Below are positions 30,991 through 39,513 of a stretch of 64,000 nucleotides of DNA, piece after piece; positions within the stretch are counted from its first letter, which is position 1; each line of letters opens with the position of its first letter. The DNA lies in the NCBI GenBank assembly GCA_965200875.1, contig OZ241456.1, forward strand, positions 480,001-544,000. Reading direction: 5' to 3'. This stretch comes from Bdellovibrionales bacterium (GTDB lineage Bacteria > Bdellovibrionota > Bdellovibrionia > Bdellovibrionales > UBA1609). The notes under the pieces are model-generated. The model did no database searches. It saw only the letters and a list, made by a program, of their open reading frames with translations, and was not told the origin of the DNA. The position numbers and the translations under genes are program-made.

Positions 30991-32085
30991 ATGGAAACAC
31001 ACCATAAGCTTTTTTTTTCGGATTCTAGAAAAATGTCTGAAATTAAAAATGAGTCCGTTAACTTGATAGTCACCTCTCCTGCCTATCCCATGATTGAAAT
31101 GTGGGATACTCTCTATAACGATCTTAATCCAAAAATTGGTCAAGCCCTTGCACTCAACCAAGGGAAAAAAGCTTTTGAGTGGATGCACAAAGAGTTGGAT
31201 AAAACATGGAAGGAGGCACTTAGGGTTTTAAAACCTGGTGGCATAGCCTGTATAAATATCGGAGATGCGACACGCACTATAAACGGGCAGTTTCAACTTT
31301 ATTCCAATCATTCCCGTATAACAAGAAAATTTAAGGAATTAGGGTTTCATGTTCTCCCCATGATTTTATGGCACAAAAAAACCAATGCACCTAATAAGTT
31401 TATGGGTTCAGGGATGTTACCTGCTGGGGCGTATGTCACTTTGGAACATGAGTATATTTTGGTGTTTCGAAAAGGATCAAAAAGGGTCTTTAAAACTCCA
31501 AAGGAAAAACAGCTCAGGAAAGAAAGTGCTTTCTTTTGGGAGGAGAGAAATAAGTGGTTTTCTGATATATGGTTTGATTTAACCGGCGTGCCCCAAAATA
31601 TAAGACAACTAGGAACGAGAAACAGAAGTGCAGCGTTTCCTTTTGAGCTGGCTTATCGCTTAATATGTATGTTTTCTGTCTACAAAGACACAGTGTTAGA
31701 TCCTTTTCTTGGCACAGGAACTACGGCTCTTTCCTGTATGGCAACCGGAAGAAATAGCATTGGATTTGAAATAGACCCTGTGTTTCAAAAACAGATTATC
31801 AATCAATCCATAAATGCTGTAACTGTTCTGAACAATAAAATCTTTCAACGATTGACAAATCATATTCAATTTATCAGAGATTTTAGTTTGAAAAAAGGAG
31901 AGATGAAATACCAAAATCTATTTTACAAGTTTCCTGTGATGACAAGGCAGGAGACTTTAATCCACTTGCCTTTCTTGAAAACCATAAAACTTATGAGTGA
32001 CTATTGCATTTTCACAAAATATTCCACAGATTGCAAAATGTGGCAGGACAGTATATATTGCCAACAAAGAGAAATGGGACTATAG
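30991..32085 (+). CDS. Second beta-class DNA methyltransferase (motif IV reads SPAY)
   Basis: VTSPAYPM, AAFPFEL and DPFLGTGTT motifs. Confidence 0.9.
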   Translation: METHHKLFFSDSRKMSEIKNESVNLIVTSPAYPMIEMWDTLYNDLNPKIGQALALNQGKKAFEWMHKELDKTWKEALRVLKPGGIACINIGDATRTINGQFQLYSNHSRITRKFKELGFHVLPMILWHKKTNAPNKFMGSGMLPAGAYVTLEHEYILVFRKGSKRVFKTPKEKQLRKESAFFWEERNKWFSDIWFDLTGVPQNIRQLGTRNRSAAFPFELAYRLICMFSVYKDTVLDPFLGTGTTALSCMATGRNSIGFEIDPVFQKQIINQSINAVTVLNNKIFQRLTNHIQFIRDFSLKKGEMKYQNLFYKFPVMTRQETLIHLPFLKTIKLMSDYCIFTKYSTDCKMWQDSIYCQQREMGL

Positions 32086-32088
32086 AAT

Positions 32089-32105
32089 AAATAACTGATG
32101 AAGAA
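32089..32105 (+). repeat. Repeat B copy 2
   Basis: Identical to 29307-29323. Confidence 0.8.
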
Positions 32106-32208
32106 TGGTTTGCGGAAAACACGAAAAAACCCGGTTTTTTGGGTTTGTAAGCAAGATTGGAATATTTAAGTGCTTTTTGATGTTTTGAAAACGAAAGTGT
32201 GATATAAT

Positions 32209-32529
32209 GTGGCTATTATGAAAGAAAACAAGAATAATGGTTTTTTGCCAGGTTGGCCACCTTTTGAAGACTTTAAGCGTGATATCGCTAATCTTGTGGA
32301 TGATAAAATTGATCCTTTGAGAAGGGATTTATCTACAGTAAAGGAAAATCTGGTCAGTCATATTCAAAAAACAGATAGTCATATTAAAAACACAGAGAAA
32401 AATTTTGCAGATATAAAACTTACTCTGTCCAATCATATCACTGACACAAATAAAAAGATTGAGATGTTAAATAAGCGTTTTGATGATCTTTATGAAATCA
32501 TTGTGAAGGACATAAAAAATAGGTCATAG
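32209..32529 (+). CDS. Small coiled-coil hypothetical protein
   Basis: Heptad-like pattern; TGATATAAT extended -10 immediately upstream. Confidence 0.6.
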   Translation: MAIMKENKNNGFLPGWPPFEDFKRDIANLVDDKIDPLRRDLSTVKENLVSHIQKTDSHIKNTEKNFADIKLTLSNHITDTNKKIEMLNKRFDDLYEIIVKDIKNRS

Positions 32530-32840
32530 GTTTTTAATATATCTCTATCATCTTTTGAAGTCAGTCTATGATTTTGTAAATTCTGACCAATTTATTGAGG
32601 CCCGGATTTTACGGGTTTTCAATTTAATAAACAGTATTCTTTTTAATGTCTTAAAAACTAGCTTTTTATACAGTTTTATCTAGCGATAGGTGTATATTGC
32701 GCCCCCTTTCTTTATGATTCCCTTTCCTTATTCATGTAAAATATTCAAGGCCCATCCGAAAAAATCCAGGGAAACGCCCGTAAACTTTATTTATCCGGCT
32801 CATTGTGATATTTATGCAGTGGAGTGGCCCCTATTTTTGG

Positions 32841-33728
32841 CTACCTCATTTGTGTTGATTTAATATACTCCACAGGTGACTTCATGCCAAGTGCTGAATG
32901 GGGAGCTTTATGGTTATAATCATATATCCATTCTTTTAATAATTTCATAGTGTCTTCAGCACAGGAGCAGTCATTCACATACACATAATCTCGTTTTATT
33001 GTCTTTACAAAAGCCTCTGCCATACCATTACTCTCTGGACTGTAAGCCCTCGTAAAACAAGGCTTTAAACCCAGCTGGCGGGCCAATACCTGCACATTAT
33101 ACGCTCTGTAAATACTCCCTCGATCCGATAAAAATTCAATCTCTCTATTTGTTCGACAAGCATCAAATCGCCCTTCTACAGCACTAATCATCAAACCCTG
33201 TATGTCTTCTTCTGATAAAAGAGGCTTTAACGACGCCGTAAAGCTTAAAATCTCCCTGTCACATGTGTCTAACACAAAAGAAACATACACCTTCTCTCCA
33301 TTAAAACAATGAATTTCAAAACAATCAGAACACCACCTCGTATTGGAATACAATGTCATCACTTTTCCTGTACTCTTATGCCCTTCCCTTCTGCTGACAG
33401 CTTTGGGTAACAAAAGGCCATTTTCTTTCATTACACGATAAATACGCTTCTTATTATACTTGCTTAAACCCTTTAAAACCCTCTCCTTGTTGTAAAGAGC
33501 CGTTACACGCTTGTAACCATAAGTGGGACGATCCTTTATCACAGCTCTTATCCCTGATAAAATTTGCTTATCTTTATCCTTTATCTTCATCTTAACACTT
33601 CTCCTCTCACTCACTTTGTAAAGAGACTTTGGATGAATCCCTATTAACTCACAAAATCTTTTTTTACAGCAGATCGCTGAGCAGTGGATGATAAACTCTT
33701 TTGCAAATTCAGTTTTTCTTCCCTCCAC
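32841..33728 (-). CDS. IS3 transposase OrfB (DDE)
   Basis: YGYKRV, WCSD, SDRGS, NGMAEAF, YNHKAPHSALG motifs. Confidence 0.93.
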   Translation of the reverse strand: MEGRKTEFAKEFIIHCSAICCKKRFCELIGIHPKSLYKVSERRSVKMKIKDKDKQILSGIRAVIKDRPTYGYKRVTALYNKERVLKGLSKYNKKRIYRVMKENGLLLPKAVSRREGHKSTGKVMTLYSNTRWCSDCFEIHCFNGEKVYVSFVLDTCDREILSFTASLKPLLSEEDIQGLMISAVEGRFDACRTNREIEFLSDRGSIYRAYNVQVLARQLGLKPCFTRAYSPESNGMAEAFVKTIKRDYVYVNDCSCAEDTMKLLKEWIYDYNHKAPHSALGMKSPVEYIKSTQMR

Positions 33729-34030
33729 TTTTTTTTCATAAACTCATTCCATTGCTTAAGAGTGGTGATATCCAATGCTTGATCAGCTACAGTATGCTTT
33801 AAACGAGAGTTCTCCACCTTTAAACGATTTATCTCTAAAAGCAATTCCTCTTGGTCTAATCCTGTTGCTTTCTTTTCTCTGCGCATTTTCTCTCTCCTCC
33901 ATTGATAAATAGTTGCGGCTTGAATCTGATACTTCCGTGATAATTCGGAAATACTGAGACCACCTTGAAAATGCTCTGAAAGTATCAAAAATCTTTGATT
34001 TTTTGAAACCTTTTTGGAAAATCTATCCAT
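33644..34030 (-). CDS. IS3 transposase OrfA (HTH + leucine zipper)
   Basis: SISELSRKYQI..ATIYQWRR; GGAGG RBS. Confidence 0.88.
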   Translation of the reverse strand: MDRFSKKVSKNQRFLILSEHFQGGLSISELSRKYQIQAATIYQWRREKMRREKKATGLDQEELLLEINRLKVENSRLKHTVADQALDITTLKQWNEFMKKKWREEKLNLQKSLSSTAQRSAVKKDFVS

Positions 34031-34066
34031 TTTACCTCCTTTTAGAAGGTAGCCAAATTTTGGGGG

Positions 34067-34315
34067 TCAAGAACAATATTTATTAACAGTTAACCATGAA
34101 ATACATTGCTTTTCTCTAAAAATTCTAGGTGGAGTATTTGTATATTGATTAAATGGGGAAAATTGACTATATTTTCCACCAAATAAACAGTATTGATTAA
34201 AAATAGATGTATTTGAATATTTACTTCCGTATGTTCCGTATGTATTTAATATCGAGTTTTGATCAAATCTGTGGAGAGAGTCTTTAGGTTGTTCTTTTGA
34301 ATTATTTTTATTCAT
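34067..34315 (-). pseudogene. Fragment of a conserved hypothetical (YGTYGSKYS repeat type), ending at the IS
   Basis: NTYGTYGSKYSNTSIFN..GGKYSQFSPFN..PP; the stop lies inside the IS end. Confidence 0.55.
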
Positions 34316-34428
34316 TTTAGGTTCTCCTTGGATTTGAAAAATGGAAAGCTGATTTGGAATGACCTTGTTCATAAATCAATAGGTTTTTGTTGTCAAGAAC
34401 ATGTAGTATCATTATTCCTGCAAATCTC

Positions 34429-34456
34429 GTCATTCCCGCGTATTGCTGAAATCCAG
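34429..34456 (+). repeat. Degenerate GTCATTCCCGCG...ATCCAG REP/dRS3-like palindrome
   Basis: GTCATTCCCGCGTATTGCTGAAATCCAG; related to the GGCGGGAATCCAG tail at 15337-15349. Confidence 0.5.
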
Positions 34457-34512
34457 AACTTAAAAAGTCTTCCGTACAACACCTTTTGTATTTCAAATAC
34501 TGATCTTTTTTA

Positions 34513-35325
34513 TCATGCCACAAGCTCCTGTTTTGTTTTCTCTTTTTTGCTCCATAAAACAGGATGAATACCATATTGCTTAAGAGCTGACGACACTTTT
34601 CCAACAGCAGGTTGAGTATTTAAGGCATTATTGGATTCATTGTCAGGCTCAGATACATTTTTTTTGCTGTCATTAATAAAAGCATATAATTTAGATTTTT
34701 GAGGTCGGGTTTCTTTTATATCCAGCCAATCCATAATAATAGCGTCTGCGCTGTGTTTAGCTGGATGGTTAATGGTTTTTATCAGACGCTCTGGCTGGTT
34801 AGAAGATTTTGGAATAAGAAAATTAAAGTTTCTGTTATAGTGAGATAAACCTGTAAATGATATTCTTTCTGAATAACGAATATAGGATTTTTCAAGCCAG
34901 TCACGTACCTCTTCAAAAAACAAACTGGTTACATAGGATGAAGACATATAAAACATGTCATTAACGGCTAACATAGCTTGAACCAAAGAATGCTTGCAAA
35001 TAGGAAAATCCTCTTCTCCACTTGCTGTTATTTGAAGCCTGCCGTTTTCCTCTTGAACTCCGTACCCTCTGACAGTCATCTGCAATAATTCTTGCCGTTT
35101 TAGACTGTCCAGTTTAAGCCCCTCCATTTTTAAGCCGGTAATAGTCTCCCCATCATCTGTCAACAGATAGCCTGTATTTGTTTTCTTAAGATACATTTGT
35201 ATATAATCATTGTTGCGATCTAAATAAGGAGCTGTGATCTCCACCCATGTATTTATATTCTTAAAAGTGGTCTTTTTTTTAAGCCAAGAATAATATTTCT
35301 CCATAAGTGGATCAATGTTGTTCAT
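34513..35325 (-). CDS. DUF1828/DUF1829 domain protein
   Basis: EITAPYLDRNNDYIQ, LTDDGET, QAMLAVNDMF, W.DIKETR, FIND motifs. Confidence 0.85.
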   Translation of the reverse strand: MNNIDPLMEKYYSWLKKKTTFKNINTWVEITAPYLDRNNDYIQMYLKKTNTGYLLTDDGETITGLKMEGLKLDSLKRQELLQMTVRGYGVQEENGRLQITASGEEDFPICKHSLVQAMLAVNDMFYMSSSYVTSLFFEEVRDWLEKSYIRYSERISFTGLSHYNRNFNFLIPKSSNQPERLIKTINHPAKHSADAIIMDWLDIKETRPQKSKLYAFINDSKKNVSEPDNESNNALNTQPAVGKVSSALKQYGIHPVLWSKKEKTKQELVA

Positions 35326-35761
35326 TAAATAACCCCCTTTGAATCTCTGGTATATTAACAACATGAATGTATTTTAGAAAATCTTCTATAGTTTTATATA
35401 TATCATCCAAATCAGAAAAATCTGTTTTTGGGATTTCATAAGCCCATTGCATATTATAGCCTTCACGATACAGGTGCAGATGTTTTGGCCCCACTTCTTT
35501 GCCATCAGGATTTCTGTGTGGATGCCCTATATCCAAACGAACCAGACCTATTGTTTGTTTTCTTAAGTAATGGTTGCGCTTCGATAGATTTATACTTCCT
35601 CTCCAATAATTTAAAATAAAATCTACATTTTTATTTTGCGATTGTAATAACACCTCAATAGCTCCACCCATAACAGGCCATTTAATTGCATCATTGAGGA
35701 GCCTTTTTTTCATTTTTATAAAAGCCTTAGCTTCAGCTTGTGTAAGAGAATTTTCAGACAT
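35312..35761 (-). CDS. DUF6978-like protein
   Basis: LTQAEA, LVRLDIG.HRNPDG..HLHLYREGY; overlaps the DUF1828 gene. Confidence 0.8.
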   Translation of the reverse strand: MSENSLTQAEAKAFIKMKKRLLNDAIKWPVMGGAIEVLLQSQNKNVDFILNYWRGSINLSKRNHYLRKQTIGLVRLDIGHPHRNPDGKEVGPKHLHLYREGYNMQWAYEIPKTDFSDLDDIYKTIEDFLKYIHVVNIPEIQRGLFNEQH

Positions 35762-36614
35762 TTTCTCCTCCTTTTCTTATCGTTTCGGCTTTATTATAAC
35801 AAATGTTAACTTTATTTATATATCGCAACAGGAGGCCGGTTTGATAGATAAGAAATTCATTTTCCACCTCGTTTACATTGTCGCCGTGTTTACTGTGTTC
35901 ATTAAAATATTTATCCAAGCCATTAAAAATTTGAAAAATAATATTTCTTATTTGAGATGGACTGTTATTTTTTAATGTTTGTTGTAAAGATTTTATGTTT
36001 TCTGGAAAACTTTTTTTGTTTCTTAGCTTGTGCCGTAAAAATTCCTCAACAGACTGGCGAAGTCGCTCCGCAGAATCTTTATGTTTTTTGCTTTGGTAAA
36101 ACTTAAGCGCATTTTCAAAATGCTTGTTGCTTTTTTGATCTAAGAACAATAAGGGTTTATTTACCAATTCATCATCTAGTTTTCGCTCCCCTTCAGGATA
36201 TAAAATGATACGGCCTTTGGATTCCCCAACAGCCACATTCAAATCAGACATTTCCACTGCTTGTTTTACTTGTTCTATAATAGATAATCTTTGATTAGAA
36301 TTATTAAATTGCAGTAAAAAAATTACTTCAATTAACCTATAAAATTCTTGTATGTTCTTTTCACATTTTAGGCGATCAATTATAGTGACACTATAATATC
36401 CATCACCAAGAATGCTACCTTGTTCAAACTGTGGCGCAATACCATAATATTGACAAAAGTATTCGCTACTTCCTTCTGTAACCTCTTGATCAATATCTTT
36501 TAAAATATTCAATATTCGTTGTTTGAATTTCTGAAAAGCCTCTACAGGAGAATCAGGCTGTAAAGGGATATTAAATCTTCTGTTAAAGTCTTTTCTATGT
36601 TCTTTCGGGTTCAT
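35754..36614 (-). CDS. Hypothetical defence protein with AbiJ/HEPN-like C-terminus
   Basis: LDDELVN, LRQSVEEFL, YFNEHSKH..EFLIYQTG; GAGGTG RBS. Confidence 0.6.
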   Translation of the reverse strand: MNPKEHRKDFNRRFNIPLQPDSPVEAFQKFKQRILNILKDIDQEVTEGSSEYFCQYYGIAPQFEQGSILGDGYYSVTIIDRLKCEKNIQEFYRLIEVIFLLQFNNSNQRLSIIEQVKQAVEMSDLNVAVGESKGRIILYPEGERKLDDELVNKPLLFLDQKSNKHFENALKFYQSKKHKDSAERLRQSVEEFLRHKLRNKKSFPENIKSLQQTLKNNSPSQIRNIIFQIFNGLDKYFNEHSKHGDNVNEVENEFLIYQTGLLLRYINKVNICYNKAETIRKGGENV

Positions 36615-36689
36615 ATTACACCTCACTCATTACCTATTTCTCCATCATATATTTTTCTTACTTTTTTAACAATCATTATGTTTTTCTTT

Positions 36690-37727
36690 CTAAGATTCAA
36701 TAATTTTTTCATATATTTTGGTTACTGAAATTTTTTTAATTTTCGTGCCGGTATTTTTGTCCAGAATAAACACCTTTCCACACCTCCATTTTGGTCGTGT
36801 ATATTGATAAGCAATATCATCTGGTGGTCTTCCTTTATATGGTGTAGAGTCAAAGAAAAGCCTTATAAAAAAACTAATGTAAAAACAATAAAAATCTAAT
36901 CTTTCTACTATATCTTGTTCATTATCTGTAGTAAAACAATGAAAAAATTTATTGTTGTTGCCAAAAAATGCCAAATGGATCAATTCACAATCCACTAAAT
37001 CACCGCCGGGCTTTAAATTTTCACAAATTTTATTATCTTTTAACCAAGTGCCCCTCCAATGAGGATTGTTTTTTAATAATTGTTTTTGTTCCGGATCTCT
37101 TTTTGTTTCCTGAGAAACTCTACACACCAATCTTAAACTTCCCATAATTAAATTATGATGAAGAATACCCATAGTAAGATCAACACATCCTGTTATAAAT
37201 TTTTTCTTATCTTCTGCTGAAAGCTTAGAGATATTTATTTGAGACACTCTGTCCAATAATAAGTTATCAATTACACTACAATAAATATGTTTATTTTTCG
37301 ATCTTGGATCTGGTGCTTTATCAAGAGCTGAAATATATTTATCTATAAGACCTTTTCCCCATTGATTGAGATACGAAGTTTCTCTCTCCTTCTTTTCCTG
37401 CAACTTGCTTCTTAAAAATTCTTTTGATATTTTTTGTTTAATTGTCTTTCTTAAATGAGGTATAAAATCTTCTATTTCCTGAAAAGAGCAAAAAGGATAT
37501 TCATTTAACTTGTTGCCATTGTGTTCTCTATCAAAAAGTTCAGATTTTTTCAGTCCAGCAAACTCCAATAATCCAAAGGGAGTAAGCCTTTGCATCTTTT
37601 TGCCTGTAAGTTGCTTAACATTACGCTGAAAAGAATCGTACTGATTTTTTGATATTTTTTCCATCACATTTTGATCAAAAAACATATAAGGCTTTGTTTG
37701 TTCTTCCATTTTTATTTTTGCTCCCAT
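36690..37727 (-). CDS. Hypothetical protein with PIN-like acidic motif spacing
   Basis: FFDQNV, TPFGLLE, DLVD and FTTD motifs. Confidence 0.5.
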   Translation of the reverse strand: MGAKIKMEEQTKPYMFFDQNVMEKISKNQYDSFQRNVKQLTGKKMQRLTPFGLLEFAGLKKSELFDREHNGNKLNEYPFCSFQEIEDFIPHLRKTIKQKISKEFLRSKLQEKKERETSYLNQWGKGLIDKYISALDKAPDPRSKNKHIYCSVIDNLLLDRVSQINISKLSAEDKKKFITGCVDLTMGILHHNLIMGSLRLVCRVSQETKRDPEQKQLLKNNPHWRGTWLKDNKICENLKPGGDLVDCELIHLAFFGNNNKFFHCFTTDNEQDIVERLDFYCFYISFFIRLFFDSTPYKGRPPDDIAYQYTRPKWRCGKVFILDKNTGTKIKKISVTKIYEKIIES

Positions 37728-37822
37728 ACCGCTGTAATTGTTTGTTGAATTTTATCCTCATTCAGTTTTATTATTTATCTTGCGCCTTCAATAATTTTTT
37801 GATAACTTTCAACATATAACTC

Positions 37823-39016
37823 CTATCTCAATAAAAATTCAGGCTGTAGTTGTTCTTCTGGAACTTGTTTTTCAAGGGGCAGGTATACAGCACTTTGTAT
37901 GTCCATTTTTTTTAAATATTTACACATTAAAGGTCCAAGCTCTTTCCAATCCAAGCCACCTAAACCACAGCCCAAAGCCGGAAGAGCCAAAGACTCAATC
38001 CCTTGGCTTTTGTAATTATCCACCAACCACTTAAGGCCCTTTTCAATTCCGGCAACAGGGGATTTTTCTCTCCAATGATTTTTTGTGGGAAACAGCAAAA
38101 ACCAACGATGGCCGTTTTCTGTGACAGTGGAAGAAACGGAAGGCACATCTTCCATAAGAGTGCTGATAAAATTTTCTGACCTTTTATATAAATAAGGCAC
38201 TCCCATTTTTAATTTTCTTTGACGACAAAGATCCTGATAAAGAACATACGCATCAGGAAATTGATATTTAGCCCTTGAGGCCAAGCCCTTGCCCATAACA
38301 CCAACAGTATTAACGCTGATTGTAAAGGTTTGCATTTTCGAGAAAAACATATCTCCTTTTTTTAAAGTAATGTAATCAGAAATATCATTTTTATATTCAG
38401 GAAGAAAAAACATATTAGGATTTAGCATAATATTTAACGGGCCTGTTATGTCTTTTCTGATTTTATTGGCTGTTTCTTGATTGGCTGTATAAATACCGAT
38501 GATTTTTTCTTTTGGGATTTTTTTATAAATTAATACTTCGGCCATAATTTTTCTTTTTCCATCTTCAATACTCACCCAATGTCCTTTTTCCAACAAAGCA
38601 CTGTCCAAAACTTTTAAACCTTTATTGATATCTTTAAAAAATGTTGTGTTTTGAGATGTAGCATTGCCGTCCGTAATGCCTGCATCGGGGCTGTTTATAA
38701 TATCAGGATTGATTTGCAGGATTACAATGTTTTCCGCTTTAAATTCTTGAATTACCCGGTACAGCATGGGGTTGCGAGCCTGAAAATAAACATTAGCATA
38801 ATCCCAAAGGGAGTGATTGTTAAATTTTTTCTTTTCTCTGATTTTAATAACATCTGGGCTATGAATGGATTTTATTTGTTGCACCAAACCTATTTTAGAA
38901 CCAATTTTAGAAAATATCCCACCACTCATACATGATCGCGACAATATCCCATTTTTTAAAATAGATTTTAAGTTATCCTTGTGAGCGATATAATAAAAAT
39001 GCTGTGGTGGTTTCAT
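37823..39016 (-). CDS. DarT (DUF4433) ADP-ribosyltransferase fused to a DarG-type macrodomain
   Basis: YYIAHKDNL.SIL..GILS, NPMLY, TDGNA, MAEVL; then GDMF, VNTVGVMGKGLA, FPTK.HW, PALGCGLGGLDW in one ORF. Confidence 0.9.
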   Translation of the reverse strand: MKPPQHFYYIAHKDNLKSILKNGILSRSCMSGGIFSKIGSKIGLVQQIKSIHSPDVIKIREKKKFNNHSLWDYANVYFQARNPMLYRVIQEFKAENIVILQINPDIINSPDAGITDGNATSQNTTFFKDINKGLKVLDSALLEKGHWVSIEDGKRKIMAEVLIYKKIPKEKIIGIYTANQETANKIRKDITGPLNIMLNPNMFFLPEYKNDISDYITLKKGDMFFSKMQTFTISVNTVGVMGKGLASRAKYQFPDAYVLYQDLCRQRKLKMGVPYLYKRSENFISTLMEDVPSVSSTVTENGHRWFLLFPTKNHWREKSPVAGIEKGLKWLVDNYKSQGIESLALPALGCGLGGLDWKELGPLMCKYLKKMDIQSAVYLPLEKQVPEEQLQPEFLLR

Positions 39017-39256
39017 AAAATCTATTACTCCATAAAAGGTTTTTTTTGAGCTTCTTTTTTAAATGGCATTTTGAATATTTGACACACAATGGACAAATAG
39101 TCCATTGTTTATAAAAGTGATTTTTTCGATTTTTTTTACTTCCTATCTAAAAAGACTTGTCTGCCATTAAAAAGCTCCGAAAAATAACCTCAATCCTGCT
39201 TGGGCGATCATGACAAATTAAAACGAAAGATCCTTTTAAGACTGAACCAGATCAAT

Positions 39257-39289
39257 AAAGCCCGTTCCCGATGGTGGGACAGGGCTTTT
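39257..39289. terminator. Terminator-like hairpin
   Basis: AAAGCCCGTTCCC-GATGGT-GGGACAGGGCTTTT. Confidence 0.5.
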
Positions 39290-39307
39290 AGTATTAAGAC
39301 AGTTCAA

Positions 39308-39336
39308 ATAAAATACATAATTTTTATGTATTTTAT
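39308..39336. promoter_or_regulatory. Perfect 13-bp inverted repeat (operator-like)
   Basis: ATAAAATACATAA-TTT-TTATGTATTTTAT between divergent genes. Confidence 0.5.
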
Positions 39337-39513
39337 ACTTATTTTTTCTTGATTATTCCTCAATTATGATAGATATTACTTGCGGGCTTTGTGGAGAAAT
39401 GGAGAACTCTACTAGTATGATTTTCAGGTTTTCGATTTTAACTGACCAAGCTGTTTTTTTGAAAAAGTTATATAAAAATCATATTTGCAAAAATAATAAG
39501 AGAAAAAGGCAAA

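Larger units (their letters stand above)
32820..34075 (-). mobile_element. IS3-family (IS2-like) insertion sequence
   Basis: Imperfect IRs TGGAGTGGCCCCTATTTTTGGCTACCT / TGTTCTTGACCCCCAAAATTTGGCTACCT; orfA/orfB overlap with A8G slippery site at 33728-33736. Confidence 0.92.

Noticed and set aside
36697..37805. 18-bp near-repeat (TAT(G/C)AAAAAATTATTGAA, minus strand) bracketing the PIN-like gene
   Set aside because: Short and very AT-rich; chance cannot be excluded by eye.
34513..39016. Integron cassette array
   Set aside because: No attC-like RYYYAAC...GTTRRRY hairpins seen between the genes, several genes overlap, and there is no integron integrase.
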